From contig NC_042997.1 of the NCBI RefSeq assembly GCF_006345805.1, positions 47,864,001 through 47,928,000 of the forward strand: a stretch of DNA of 64,000 bases, read 5' to 3'. The stretch is from Octopus sinensis. Its lineage: Eukaryota. Below are positions 15,857-28,201 of the stretch, one piece after another. The stretch's first letter is position 1, and each line of letters opens with the position of its first letter. The notes beneath the pieces are model-generated. The model was not told the DNA's origin and ran no database searches. It saw only the letters and a program-made list of their open reading frames with translations. The translations under genes were made by a program, and so were the position numbers.

Positions 15857-16235
15857 ATATATTGTTATTAACATTTTATACTTCTCCAAACTTTTGTATA
15901 TTTGTTCTTTGTGCGAAGCATTGCTATTCATTAGATCTGTTCTTTTTTCGATACTTTTTACTTTTCTCTTACTTAGCCCAAATTTATCTATATTCTCTAC
16001 ATATAGTTCCATACGATATCCAATCTCACTTATCCTTCCCAATCACAACATGTTTCCCTCTCTTTAAATCTACCATCATATTTTCTACCGCAGGTTCTTT
16101 CAAAAAAATTACAATTATCAATTATATCTCGCCTTCTGCCCCACTTTATCCCTTTATGCTATTCCATTATAACCTCTATCACCTTCCACAAAATCTTAAA
16201 GACAAACAACAACTCAGAAGGGGAAATATTCAAGC

Positions 16236-17131
16236 ATGAAGAGAATTGTGGAAAACGAACCCCGTTCGAAGGCTTCTGGCATTGCAAACAGCAAGAAGTT
16301 AGTCCAAGAACGTGTGTTACATATCTGCATAATCTTGGGTAATCTGGATGAGCAGCTAGAAAAAACCTCTCCTTCAACCAAATAATATCACGAAAAGAAA
16401 AAAATTGGCCAAGAAGATGTCATAAAAATACAGTTCATTTTGGGATAGAGTGATTTTCTCTGATGAATCCAGATTTGCATTATTTTCAGACAGAGGACGT
16501 GTTTGGGTCTGGAGGCTTCCCAATCAAGAATTTGTGTGAAACGACTTCCAACTGTGAAACATGGCGGTATCTCTGTAATGGTAGGGGGAGCTGTTACCAG
16601 CAATGATCGTTCTGAGCTGATCAAGTGTGTTGGAACCATAAACACTGAAAAATACATCGAAATACTTAAGCAGCGACTACTTCTGATGTACTCACACGAT
16701 AACATAACAATAAATAAGTTTTTATTCCTGGAAGATGGGGCTCCATGCCACACAGCGAAAAGGAATCAACAATAGATGACTGAAAATGGATTCGAAAAGC
16801 TTCCTTGGACGAGCCAATCTCCTGACATGAATCCAATTGAAAATCTTTGGAGCATACTAGAGAGAGCTGTACGAAAAGCTCGACAGAAACCTAAATCTAA
16901 AGATGAATTGTTTCGATTGTTGCGTGAAAAGTGGGCAGAAATTCCACAAGAAACAATCACAAAGCACATCAGTCCAATGCCAAAAAGAGTTTCTGAATTA
17001 AAAACTGCAAAAGGAATATCAACTAAAGTATGTAGTCCTACCTATCAATTACATTTCAATTGTTCGCTTGGCGTATTAAATAGAAGAATTTGTAAATTAA
17101 ATGTGTCTATTTACTTCCTGCATATTTGTGT
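16236..17131 (+). mobile_element. 5'-truncated Tc1 (DD34E) transposon remnant
   Basis: 'WDRVIFSDESRF', 'PTVKHGG', 'LEDGAPCHTAK', 'SQSPDMNPIENLW'. I count 34 codons between D and E, including a TAG at the conserved Trp position (16773-16775). Ends 'KTAKGISTK'. TIR-like end at ~17100-17131; no 5' TIR. Confidence 0.92.
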
Positions 17132-18649
17132 ATATATATATATAACTTCAAGTCTTTTGTTGAATAGTCGCAGCGGTAGAGTTACTAACAAGTTTATCCT
17201 TTATGTTACAGCCAGAATAAGTCATTGAAATTGTCTTTGGTCATCTACGGATTCCATTTCAAAATACTAAATTTAGTTGGTTTCCGAACCTGATATATAT
17301 ATTTGTAAGTAGAGGAGAGTAGACATCCTTAGTGTGATACATTGCTACTCTTAATGTTCAATTATGTATCCATTCTGTCAACGATTACATGCAAATGGAA
17401 AGGAGTGGTTGAGATCCTGAAAGTGTTTCCATGTTGAAGAAACAATTTTATGATTTAGACGTTTGATATGAACACAAAAATAGGATACAAGAAGAAAAAC
17501 GTATCGATGACGGAAAAGAAAAAAAATGGAGGAGGGGAGAAGCAAGGAGAAAGTGGAAGAGGAGGCTTCCTATAAGTTAGGAGGTAGAAAGAAAAGATTG
17601 CAATGATTTAAGAATCTGGAAAAATGCAAGTTGAATTGTATGATGAGATCATTTTTTCTGTTGGTAGTCTTAAAGATATTTCCTTATAAGATAAACATGT
17701 AAAGGATAAGCAAAATTAAAAAAATTTCTCTAGATATGTTACGCAGTCACTATTTACTTGTTTCAAGAGGATGGGGTAAGTTAATTCTTAGAATATTGGG
17801 TTTTGGTAGTTATTGGAGGAATATATTAACTATGCAGATCTCTTCAATGATCTATCAGATCAATATCAGTAATTTATACAATATCAGTCAACTGGAGTAC
17901 ACGCTAATTACAGAGCAAATAATATCAAAGCATATGTGAAATAAATGAGTGCCAAACTATTGCATTGTATACAGCTTTTGTGGCAAACGTATATCTGTAC
18001 TGAAAATTAGTTATTCTTGTTCAGCTAATGTCTTTAGGAAGGGATGTGTACTTTACTTGTAATGCTCCAGTTAAGGATATCACTAAGTCGGCTTTTGAAA
18101 AGAAATTATTTATCACTATTACTTACTGGCAAAAAATATAATGGCATTTTAATTATGCAACTATATCCTTAAATTTCGCTGCTCTTACATGTTTATACAC
18201 AATTATTGCAACACACGATAAGAGGATTCTGTAATAGGATAATTTTATATCAATATAGTTTCCTTTAACATTAGGTCCGCAAGCATCATTTGTTATTCTG
18301 ACTAAACAGTATTTCTTAAGAGATTTATATCTATTTATTATAGTTCTCCAGAAAGTAAAATATTCCTATTTAATTGCATTTCGCTTTTGTCAGATTTGAA
18401 ACAAATAACTACACTATTCGATTATTGCTAACACGTTATTCACCTGCGTCCATTTTGTTTTTCGAGATAAAATAGTCTACTAGTTATATAGTATTGTGTG
18501 TTTCAATATATTCGAAGATTAAGGATATATTCCAAAATTCAATGATGTAGACTTAGAAAATTATTTACAGCAGCTGCAAAATTTCAGCTCAATTTTTCAT
18601 TTGAAGCCGCTTTAAAATGAAATTGTCTGTGCCTCGAAGCAATCATTTC

Positions 18650-18822
<173 letters not shown>

Positions 18823-19004
18823 GAATTGAAACATTCAAGTAAACTTTTCTAAGGAAATAATCGCCAAATATACAAAGCAGGTCTTCAGTGGCAGGCTGGA
18901 ATATTCTGTGTTAATTAATTACAGAAAAAGTTTCAAATGCCGCAAATGTAATTTTCTTCTAGAAAATATTTCTATAAGCGTTTGTGACTTGAGTTTTTGT
19001 TTTT

Positions 19005-19200
19005 CGTTGAAAAGCAAAAGCGTCTGAAGCAAGTATATCATATGCTTTTACGCTCTAGATTCAAATTTTACTGAGGTTGACTTTGCCTCTTGTCCCTTTC
19101 GGGGTCGATAAAATAAGTACTGGTTGAGTACTGGAGTCGATATAATCGACGTGTCCTTCTCCCAAAATTCTGACGTAGTAGCAAAATTTGAAAACGTTTT
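19005..19200 (+). mobile_element. SINE family C, degenerate copy
   Basis: TTCAAATTTTACTGAGGTTGACTTTGCC..CCTTTCGGGGTCGATAAAATAAGTACTGG..GTCGATATAATCGAC aligns with the 39751 copy. Confidence 0.75.
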
Positions 19201-19262
19201 ATATGTCAAAATGAAATTTCCCTTTAGGCATAATACAGAACAGTAAATACATTGCAACATCA

Positions 19263-19445
19263 ATAAGGCGGTGATGGTATATCGAGCAAAATTCTTAGCA
19301 GTATTATGTCCGCGTTTACGTCCAAAACTCAAATTCTGCCGAGGTAGATAAGATTAGTACGAAATGAGCACTGTCGTCGACGTAGTCGACTTACTCAGCA
19401 TTCGCCCAATGTTGCTTGCGTTGTGCCAAAATTTGAATCCAATCC
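19263..19445 (+). mobile_element. SINE family C, degenerate internally deleted copy
   Basis: AAGGCGGTG.. head, CTCAAATTCTGCCGAGG, GTCGACGTAGTCGACTT and a GTGCCAAAATTTGAA tail shared with the neighbouring copy. Confidence 0.6.
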
Positions 19446-20199
19446 TGCCACGCAAATAACTTACTTCATCGTTTTCCTTTTACGGTGGAAACAATTTATA
19501 TCATAAATTAGTGTAATAGTGCACAGAGAAAGAGGGCAATGTACTACTATTCAATGCCTCGAAATAGAAAATGCGGTTAAAGAAATTCTAGTATCATCTT
19601 ACACGAAACTAAAATTTATTCAACATAATAGATTTTGTTTTTTAAGTTTTAGCAATTATAAAATTTATGTATATATAGAAGAATGTTTTTGCATGAGAAA
19701 ACAATTAGTATAAAATTTCACAGCCAAGAGAACAAGTATAAAATCTTGTGTGGGTTTGAGTGTGCAAGTGTATGCGAGTGTGTCTGTGTGTATGAGTTTG
19801 TATGCTATGTGGGTCTGGATGTGGATGTATGCAGATATGGGTCCGTAGGAGTGCGTGGGAGCGGATAAGGAAGGAAGGAAAAGCACGCATATAATGCCCT
19901 AAAAAATACGTGAATGTGTGTGTATATATATATATATATGCAGCTAACAAACATATACATATATGCCAATGTATACAACAGATTTTAATTTGAATTATGC
20001 GTTAACATGATGGAAGATATTCTTGATAAATCGAAACAATTGTGATGTAAAATAGAAAAAAGAAAGTTAATGTTAAAAAAATATTTCCCTCTCATTTTCG
20101 CAGTTACATTTTGAAGAAAGCATTTAAATAAATGTTGAAGAATTGACGGAATTCAAACTAAAAACACAAATAAAAATTAATTAGCAAACTTTCAACATA

Positions 20200-20218
20200 C
20201 GCACAAGTACACACATGT

Positions 20219-20285
<67 letters not shown>

Positions 20286-20297
20286 TGTGTGTGTATA

Positions 20298-20330
<33 letters not shown>

Positions 20331-20413
20331 ATATATGTATGTATGTATGTATGAATATACGTGTGTGTGTGTGTGTGTGGTGTGCGTTCGTGTGTGTGCA
20401 TGTGTATGTGTGT

Positions 20414-20460
<47 letters not shown>
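20200..20460. repeat. Compound (TA)n/(TATG)n/(TG)n/(GA)n microsatellite
   Basis: Direct reading. Confidence 0.95.
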
Positions 20461-20464
<4 letters not shown>

Positions 20465-21009
20465 ACAAGTTCATTGTGATATATATATAATAGATTTCCG
20501 TATCAGTGCGCTAAGAAATTTATTCATTCAGAAAATGAAAGCTAAAATAAATTAACGCGAATGAAGAAAACATTAAGCTAGCAGAAAAGGCTGCCACTCA
20601 ATTGAATAAGAACTCTGAATGAGACTAGCTTTTAAATACGATAGGATTGTTATACTTTTCATTTTGACAAATATGAAAGTATGTTATGTCGAGATAAAAG
20701 TGACATAGAACATTTTTCTTCAATATTAATGGCCTCTTTTTTTTATATCATATTTGTAACGCGATTTTGGCATTAGTTTTTACTTTGTCATGTATTCTAT
20801 TATTCGTGTTTGTATCTAATTTATTAACATATGTCATACTCATTCGTTTCTTAGAGTCAGTTCTTTCCCTGCCAACATGTTACAAACATGCACATGGAAA
20901 CACTCATACGTACGTAAATATATTCATACATACATACGTACATACATACATACATACATACATACATACATACATACATACATACATACATACATACATG
21001 GTGGTTGCC

Positions 21010-21553
21010 CCATCGTTATCAAGTATGGCCATTGCACGAAGCTTAATCATTGTTGTTATCGTGCAATGCCTGTGCAAGAAGATTTTTTTTTAAGTGTAGA
21101 AAGGCTGTGCACTGAGTCAATCCCACTCACTAAGCAACAGCAGCCATAACCCGAAAAGAATAACAAGTCAACATCATTGGTAACCACTGAGCCGCAGGTT
21201 TTACGTCGGAGTTATCCCAGTTACCTGAGTTACCTTCTCCTAGAACGATGCCCTAATAAAGGCTAGGAGTCCTTCACTCCCAATGGTTTAACCGCGCGAT
21301 CGGGTATTCAGTTCGATTATTTCTATGTCCCCACGCATGATACAGCCTTAAGTCGTTTATTGGATGGCCATTGATTCTCAACAGTTCCTGCGCCCTTTGA
21401 CGGGTTTTGATTTTCATCCCGCAGGGTGTCCAATAAATACCTTCCTCACCAAGCAAGCTTGGTGGGGTTGCCGCTTTAGTCACCGACGACCCGACCATGC
21501 AACAGGTTGTACTGGGTTACATGTTACCAATACCACTCGAAAGTCACCTGAGA
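21010..21553 (-). mobile_element. GC-rich, structured 5' region of a LINE (RTE-like), body absent; flanked by (TACA)n
   Basis: GC-rich island with several hairpins. The motif GGGCATCGTTCTAGGAGAAGGTAACTC..AAAACC resembles RTE-clade 5' UTR sequence (from recall). Bounded by (TACA)n at ~20920-21000 and 21554+. Confidence 0.45.
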
Positions 21554-22539
21554 TACATACATACATACATACATGCATACATACATACATACATACATAT
21601 ATACATACATACATAAATGCATGTATGCATGCACACACACACAAGCAGACACGTACATACACATAAGCACACGTATATAATTTCATTTATACACTGAACC
21701 GCAAAAATAACGTGATTTTTTCAAATGTCATTTTTATATGGTAAATTCTGAAGATTTATTTCGGAGATGTAAGTGTAAATATTCCAAGATATGCTGGTTT
21801 ATGGCTGAGACCCAAATTGCAGGTAACCTTTCAACTTTCCCTGAAACGTGACGCCAAAACGCAGTTGCATTGAGTGCCGTGGGTGAAAATCGCAAGCCAT
21901 TGTCATCAAAACGGAAATGCACAGGCATCTCGTGGAAGTTATGGGTATAAAATTCAACTTGAACTGCGTTCCTGGCATTCGAAATTTGTCCCTTTTTGGC
22001 TTCCGACGTGGTTATTTAAGGCTAGTAAACTTCGTAGCGTCTTGCTTTATGTGCGTCTAGAGACCTTGTTTCTTCCGCGCGAGCGGAACTGTTGTCGTTG
22101 TTCCCCTTTGCTTGAGTGGGGGAAGCGTGTGATTGATAAATGAAGTGTGGCGAAATTAGCTCTTCTGACTTGAATTCGTCGGAGGCTGAGCAAGTGAAGT
22201 GCGTAAATGATATGGAGGAGTGATTGAGGAAGAGAGAAACAAATGAAAAGAAGAATTTTGCGGATGTAACCGAAACTAAAAGGAAAGATTTAAAAATCAA
22301 AATACAGGAGTTGAAAATGTATAGAAATATGTTGCTTAGGGAGGGGCATGAAATAAGATCGCTGCCTCTCGGCGACATGGCTCAGAACGTAGAATAAAAA
22401 ACGGTGATATTCAAAACGTTCGTTAAAAAATATAAATTCATTAAAATATCAAAGAGGAAAGAAATTGAGAACTGTTTTGACTGTTTCCCCTGTACCTGCG
22501 AGGTATGTTGTAGGTGCCTAGGAGTGGGTGAAAACATAA

Positions 22540-24305
22540 CTTACAGCTGAATAAATATTACAGCCGAATAAAAAAAGTTTGGACCTCAGAACTCTCTGCA
22601 TTCAACAGTGGCCCACAATGTGTTTGCAGTGCCAGTACTCATACCAACATTTCGGCTGCTTGATTGGATGCTTGATGAGAACCGAGCCATTGATGTGAAA
22701 ACCCCCAAAATAGTAACAAGCACACATACTATCCACATAAACAGTGATGTAGACCACCTGAACTTAAAATGGCAGAGGCCTCACATCGATCCAAAATGCC
22801 TTTGAATGTCGCATCATATCCTTTCGGCAATATCTTTTATCTATCATGCGTGAAGTGCATCCCTTGACCAAGATGCATACATGAAGCTGATCACATGATG
22901 AGGTTTGGAAGACAGTTCCTTGAGCAACACTCTTTGTCTGATAACCTAGAATACATGCTAAAATAAGTCGCATGACTTTCATCAGATGAAAGGATGAGCC
23001 TATATGAGCAGAAGACTATGTCTGGATATGTTAGTAGATAGCTCCGTGATGATAGAAACATCGATCATCAAAGCAGTTGATCGTGGACCAATAGCCGGAT
23101 TATTACCTCCCACTTCGAAGGGAGTCTAGGATCAAGAAATATCAACCAAGTACCTGATGCACAAAAGGGATACTGATGCGGGGAAAGACGTAAAATGTGA
23201 CAACCGATGCAGACTTTGTGGAGTTCACAATAAAGATATCACCCACATCATAAGCAGTTGTCCGAAAATGTCATCACCGTATTATCTACCGATGAGACAT
23301 GTCGTTGTAACAAGAACCATTTATAATGAAATTCTTCGGATGGATAATCCCGAAGACAAAGGTATAAGAACTCACAATATGGTAGAAGCCATACACACTC
23401 ATTATAAAAAAGAGTACTGGTGGAATGTTAAAAGTGTAGACCTCAATCAAATGTAAGCACAACCAACCTGATATCATGATTTGGGATAAAGAAGAGAAAC
23501 TGTGCACAGTTGTGGAAATTAAACTACCCAGCGGATGTTAAAATAAAGCTGAAGATCAGTGAAAAAGAGTATATCCAGATTATTAGTTCAGGATTATACC
23601 TGTAATTAATGGGGCCCTGGGATAGGTAACACACTGCCTAAATATCAATCTTGGGAAAGTAGGCTTCTCAAAACCAGAAAGGAGAAAGCTAATTCGAAGG
23701 CTGCAGATCCAATCTATTACTGGAACTGTAAAAATCTGTAAAACTTACCAAAAGTTTATCATTTACATATGAGCATGTCTAGATATGTAACGTTATGCAT
23801 GTATAACACATGCAAATCTACACATACCTAAATACATACATATATACAGACATACGTACATACATACACACATACCTACATACATACATACACACAGACA
23901 TACATGCATGCATACATACATATATGCATACCCACATACATACATGCATGCATACATACATACATACATACATACATACACACACATACATACATACACA
24001 CATACATACATACATACATACATACATACACACAGACATACATGCATGCATACATACATATATGCATACCCACATACATACATGCATGCATACATACATA
24101 CATACATACATACATACATACATACATACATACATACACACATACATACATACATACATACATACATACACACACATACATACATACATACATACAAAAC
24201 TACCCTGTTGTTGATGTTGAAAATCCAATGAAGGAGTCTTGAATCTAGGTTAGAAACTGGTTCTTTCTCTATTGGCAAGAAATCTTGAAATAAAATGAAG
24301 AATGA
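22540..24305 (+). mobile_element. R4/Dong-type non-LTR retrotransposon 3' half (RT C-terminus, CCHC, RLE, 3' UTR)
   Basis: 'AHNVFAVPVLIPTF..NSDVDHL', 'QDQEISTKYL', CCHC 'CRLCGVHNKDITHIISSC', 'YLPMRH', 'HNQPDIMIWDKEEKLCTVVEI', 'VIIGALG'. The putative 3' UTR is split by a (TACA)n array at 23830-24195. Confidence 0.88.
23830..24195. repeat. (TACA)n/(TGCA) compound microsatellite with a ~138-bp higher-order duplication
   Basis: The variant block CACAGACATACATGCATGCATACATACATATATGCATACCCAC starts at 23893 and again at 24031. Confidence 0.9.
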
Positions 24306-25054
24306 CTTACATACATATAGTCCGTATATATTGCGTGTGAATGTTTATTCACACAATATGTAAAATATGTTACATTTACATCACGAATATATTAAGCCTA
24401 TATGAATGTATACGCACTTTGTTCATCTTCAATTCTGCGCAGGTGATGAATATAGAAACCAATATCTCATCAATTCTACCTTATTAATTTAATTTCTTTT
24501 CATGTTTCATCCATCCTTCCTTCTTCAAGAACTCATGCACTAACATATATAATTACTCTTCATTGTAGAATTAGTTATACATCTTCTCTTCCACCGTTTG
24601 TTTTCTACAGTTCCACTTTCTAACAGCATTTAAAAATTTTTTTGGTTCTATATTTTTTTCTTTTACGTATAGACTTTACTCAATAGAAAATTGTAGATAT
24701 ACATTACTACAACTTTAATAATATATATCTATTTAGTTGATTATCACGATCAGCATAATGTGAACATGAACAAGATTCCCACTTAAATAAATCTACGATA
24801 TACTTTATGAAATATATCTATTTAAATAAAGATTGACATTTGTTTCCTTTGCCCATTCATCACTATATTGTTAATGCTCTTGTTATCGCTAATGCTGTTC
24901 TCATTTTCTACATATATTTAGTATTACGTGCCTTAGATCATTCTGAAAGGAATAAAGTGATATTACATTATATTTTATCTCCGGTAAATAAAATTATATT
25001 CAATTTTCTGCTCGAAGCATGCTAATTTTTTTTTATCATTTTTTAAAGATTTCG

Positions 25055-25058
<4 letters not shown>

Positions 25059-25108
<50 letters not shown>

Positions 25109-25155
25109 TATCATCATCGTTATCATCATCACCATCATCATCGTTATCATTATTA
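25059..25155. repeat. (TTA)n/(TCA)n trinucleotide microsatellite
   Basis: Direct reading. Confidence 0.95.
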
Positions 25156-26037
25156 TTCTCATTATAATCTTTGAAATAGTTTTTTTAAGATTTCCTATTA
25201 TGAATACTGATTTTGTATTTATTGATGTTAATGTTACATTTTTTTTTTACATTTGCAATTAAAGTAATGATCTCTATTTAAAAATTAAAAGCAGTGATAA
25301 AAATGTGAAAAGTGAAATATAGACATATATTTCAGAAAAAAAAATCGGAAAAGAATGAATAAGGGAAAAAAGTAAGACAAGAATACAGTAAGAAATAAAT
25401 GTAAATTATGACAGAAAAAATCAGCAGTTGAAGAAACCATAAAATATATATATATAAACCAGAGTTAGTATGACGAGACTAATTGAATTAATCGAACGTA
25501 TAATTTTGAAGCGGACATTCATGAATTCTAATTGACATGATGTGAATCCACTTACCTTCAGTCAAACAGATGAATTTCAATGGAATATGTGTATATATGT
25601 GTGTATGTGTGTGCGTATGAACGTTCGGGAGCGTGGGTATGTGTATTCATGCGCAAATAATATAGACACTTGTATGTAGATGTTAAGATAAGTTTATTAT
25701 TTAAAGCACACCTATGCGTAAAACGGAATACTTATCTACAGTTTTCTAAGAGTAGAGACAAAACTGCTGTTAGTATCATATTGATTGTGACTTCATGAGG
25801 TGTGTATGCATATGTGTGTGTGTGTGTGTTTGTGTGTGTGTGTATGTGTCTAAGTTATAATTAATGTTAAGATTTGAAACTTAAAATCTAAAATATAGCA
25901 ACCAAACTGTATTTTGTGCTGGCCCTTAGTAGTGTGCCGGCAGAATTATGCCAAAACGATCGTTGTGATAAATAAAGTTTGCAGCATACTCTGTCTTTCT
26001 TATTAACTATTTAGGGTATATGCATATATATATATAT

Positions 26038-26077
<40 letters not shown>

Positions 26078-26176
26078 AAGTTCAAATAAAGGTTATAAAC
26101 CTCAATTAGGGATAATAAAATCCAATGAATACACTGGTTTATTAACTATTACAAAAAGTATTGAAAATTAGATTAA

Positions 26177-26585
26177 ACTAGCAGTATCGCCCGGCGTTGC
26201 TCGGGTTTGTAAGGGAAATAACTATATAAGCATTTTTAGAGATGTAAAGTATAATAGCCATCTCAATATGGCTAACCACAAAGAGGGGGGTTACTGTAGC
26301 TTTTTACGTTCTGAGATTTAATAATAAATTTTTAGAGAGTTACTTCCCAAAAGAAGTTAGAGAGTTATGCCAAAAATGCATTAAAAATGGGAAAAATTGA
26401 TGGTAATTTTTTTTTAAATCGTAGACTCATCGTAGACGCTCGCTAATACCAAGAAGGGCTCGATATGAATCACGACTATAATATACCTGGTTTTGGTTAA
26501 ACTGCACCGCAAAATGTGGCAGTAGTTAGGAATCTAAATCGTAGGAGACAGACAGCACACAACTTCACATTTATATATAAAGATA
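26177..26585 (+). mobile_element. Non-autonomous Helitron/Helentron-like element (Lep1/HINE-type architecture)
   Basis: Starts ACTAGCAGTATCG with a subterminal hairpin CCCGG-CGTTGC-TCGGG (26190-26205). Ends AGACAGACAGCACACAACTTCACATTTATATATAAAGAT. Termini resemble recalled Lep1-type elements; no coding capacity, no TSD. Confidence 0.55.
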
Positions 26586-26635
26586 TTCAACTGTAAGGTA
26601 ATTGGTTAAACCGGGGTAATATATATTTTTAAGAA

Positions 26636-27029
26636 AATAAGAAAATAGAGATAATCAAATTAATAATTATTTATTAATTACAACATTGGACACCATCTCT
26701 GACAGCTGTTTCGATTCAAGGCTTTGTAAATTAATTGATATAATTAAAAGCATTTTAATGATGAATTTCATCGGAGGTGGAAAAAGATATACACTTGCAT
26801 TTTCATATTATTGTGTGTTGAGTGCAGAGAGCAAATCCCTACACTCAACAATATGAAGATATAAGGGTATGGGATCACCTTTTTCCACCTCTAATGAAAT
26901 TCAACTTTAAAATGTTTTTAATTATACAAATTGATTTGCAAAATCTTGATTCGAAACAGCTGTCAGAGATGATGTCCAATTTTGTAATTAATAAATGATT
27001 ATTAATTTAATTATCTCTAATTTCCTATT
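26636..27029. mobile_element. Fold-back (inverted-repeat) element, ~394 bp, each arm with a degenerate hammerhead motif; PLE pLTR-like
   Basis: The arms align end to end with scattered mismatches around a centre near 26835. Right arm (+): CTAATGA(26891)..GAAACAGCTGTC(26953-26964)AGAG. Left arm (-): CCGATGA(26774)..GAAACAGCTGTC. Confidence 0.8.
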
Positions 27030-28201
27030 GGACAAAATAATGGAAGTTCCTAGCATCATAGCATCATAATTTTGAAATATTTATAAAACCATCACATTCT
27101 TGTTTATTTTGTTTTGTTTTTTATTCATTATTTATGTTGCTAAATGTGTTTTGCTAAAATTGCTGTTTCTTTTCAAATATCACCAGAAAATGGTAATTAA
27201 AATTCATTAAAATAACAGATCTATCGGACTTTCAAAGAAGTCAAAGGGGCTAGCGTAACGAAAACGGCAGAAATGTTTGGTGTATCAAGAAGTATTGTCT
27301 GAAAAGTTATGTCAGCCTTTAAGAAAGAGGGAAAAACCTCCTCGTCGAAACAAAACTCTGAAAGAAAACCAAACATTTCAGATAGGGACTGTGGGACTCT
27401 TACGCGAATTGTTAGAAAATATCATAAAAGTACAGCTCCCCAAATTACTGCAGAGCTTAATGGCCACCTCGAAAACCCAGCTTCCACAAAACCGTTCGCC
27501 GGCAGTTGCACTAAGCCAGATTTCTTGGGAGGGCTGCAATCAGAAAACCACTATTTTCGAAAACAAACGTTGCAAAGCGTTTAGAGTAGAGTAAAAACCT
27601 ACAGAATTGGTCCCCAGAGCAGTGGAAGAATGTTATTTTCTCGGACGAGTCATCCTTTTCTTTATTTTCTTCCACTGGCCGAGAATACGCGTGGAGACAG
27701 CCAAAAGAAGCATTTGACCCACACTGCCTTCTTCCAACTGTTAAACATGGAAGAAGATCTATGATGATCTGGGGGACTATATCTTGGAAATTCGCCGGTC
27801 TAATGGTTTCCATTCATGGCGGAATTAATAGTCAACACTATCTAAGCATTTTATCGGATCAAATTCATCCTACGGTTGCGGAACTCTTTTCGGGGGGACA
27901 CGCAATCTTTTAAGATGACAATGCACCAATTCACACTGCTAAAGTTCTTACTGAATTGCACGAGGAACATTCTAGTGAAGTTGAACATCTTATCTGGCCA
28001 CTACAGTCCCCAGATCTAAATATTATTGAACATTTATGGTTCAAGAATGGACAAAAATTCCTTTGGAAGCAATTCAAACTTTGTACAAGTTCATACCCCC
28101 TAGAAATCAAGTAGTAATTACTGCCACAGGCGGTCTTACAGTATATCAAAATAAATGTGTTTGAAATTTTAAGGTGTTTCCATTATTTTGTCCTACCTAT
28201 G
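27025..28201 (+). mobile_element. Degenerate Tc1-like transposon with DD36E triad (Incomer-type)
   Basis: TIR core GGACAAAATAATGGAA at 27030-27045, inverted at 28178-28193; TA after 28201. 'VIFSDESSF', 'PTVKHG', and 'DDNAPIHTAKVLTELHEEHSSEVEHLIWPLQSPDLNIIE' with 36 residues between D and E. Stops, frameshifts and small deletions. Confidence 0.9.

Noticed and set aside
21730-22400. GC-richer block upstream of the R4/Dong remnant
   Set aside because: May be that element's 5' region, but no motif supports the assignment.
22965-22990. CUGAUGA followed by AAGUC-AUGC-GACUU hairpin on the minus strand
   Set aside because: No GAAA or stem III follows, and it lies antisense inside LINE coding sequence; coincidental.
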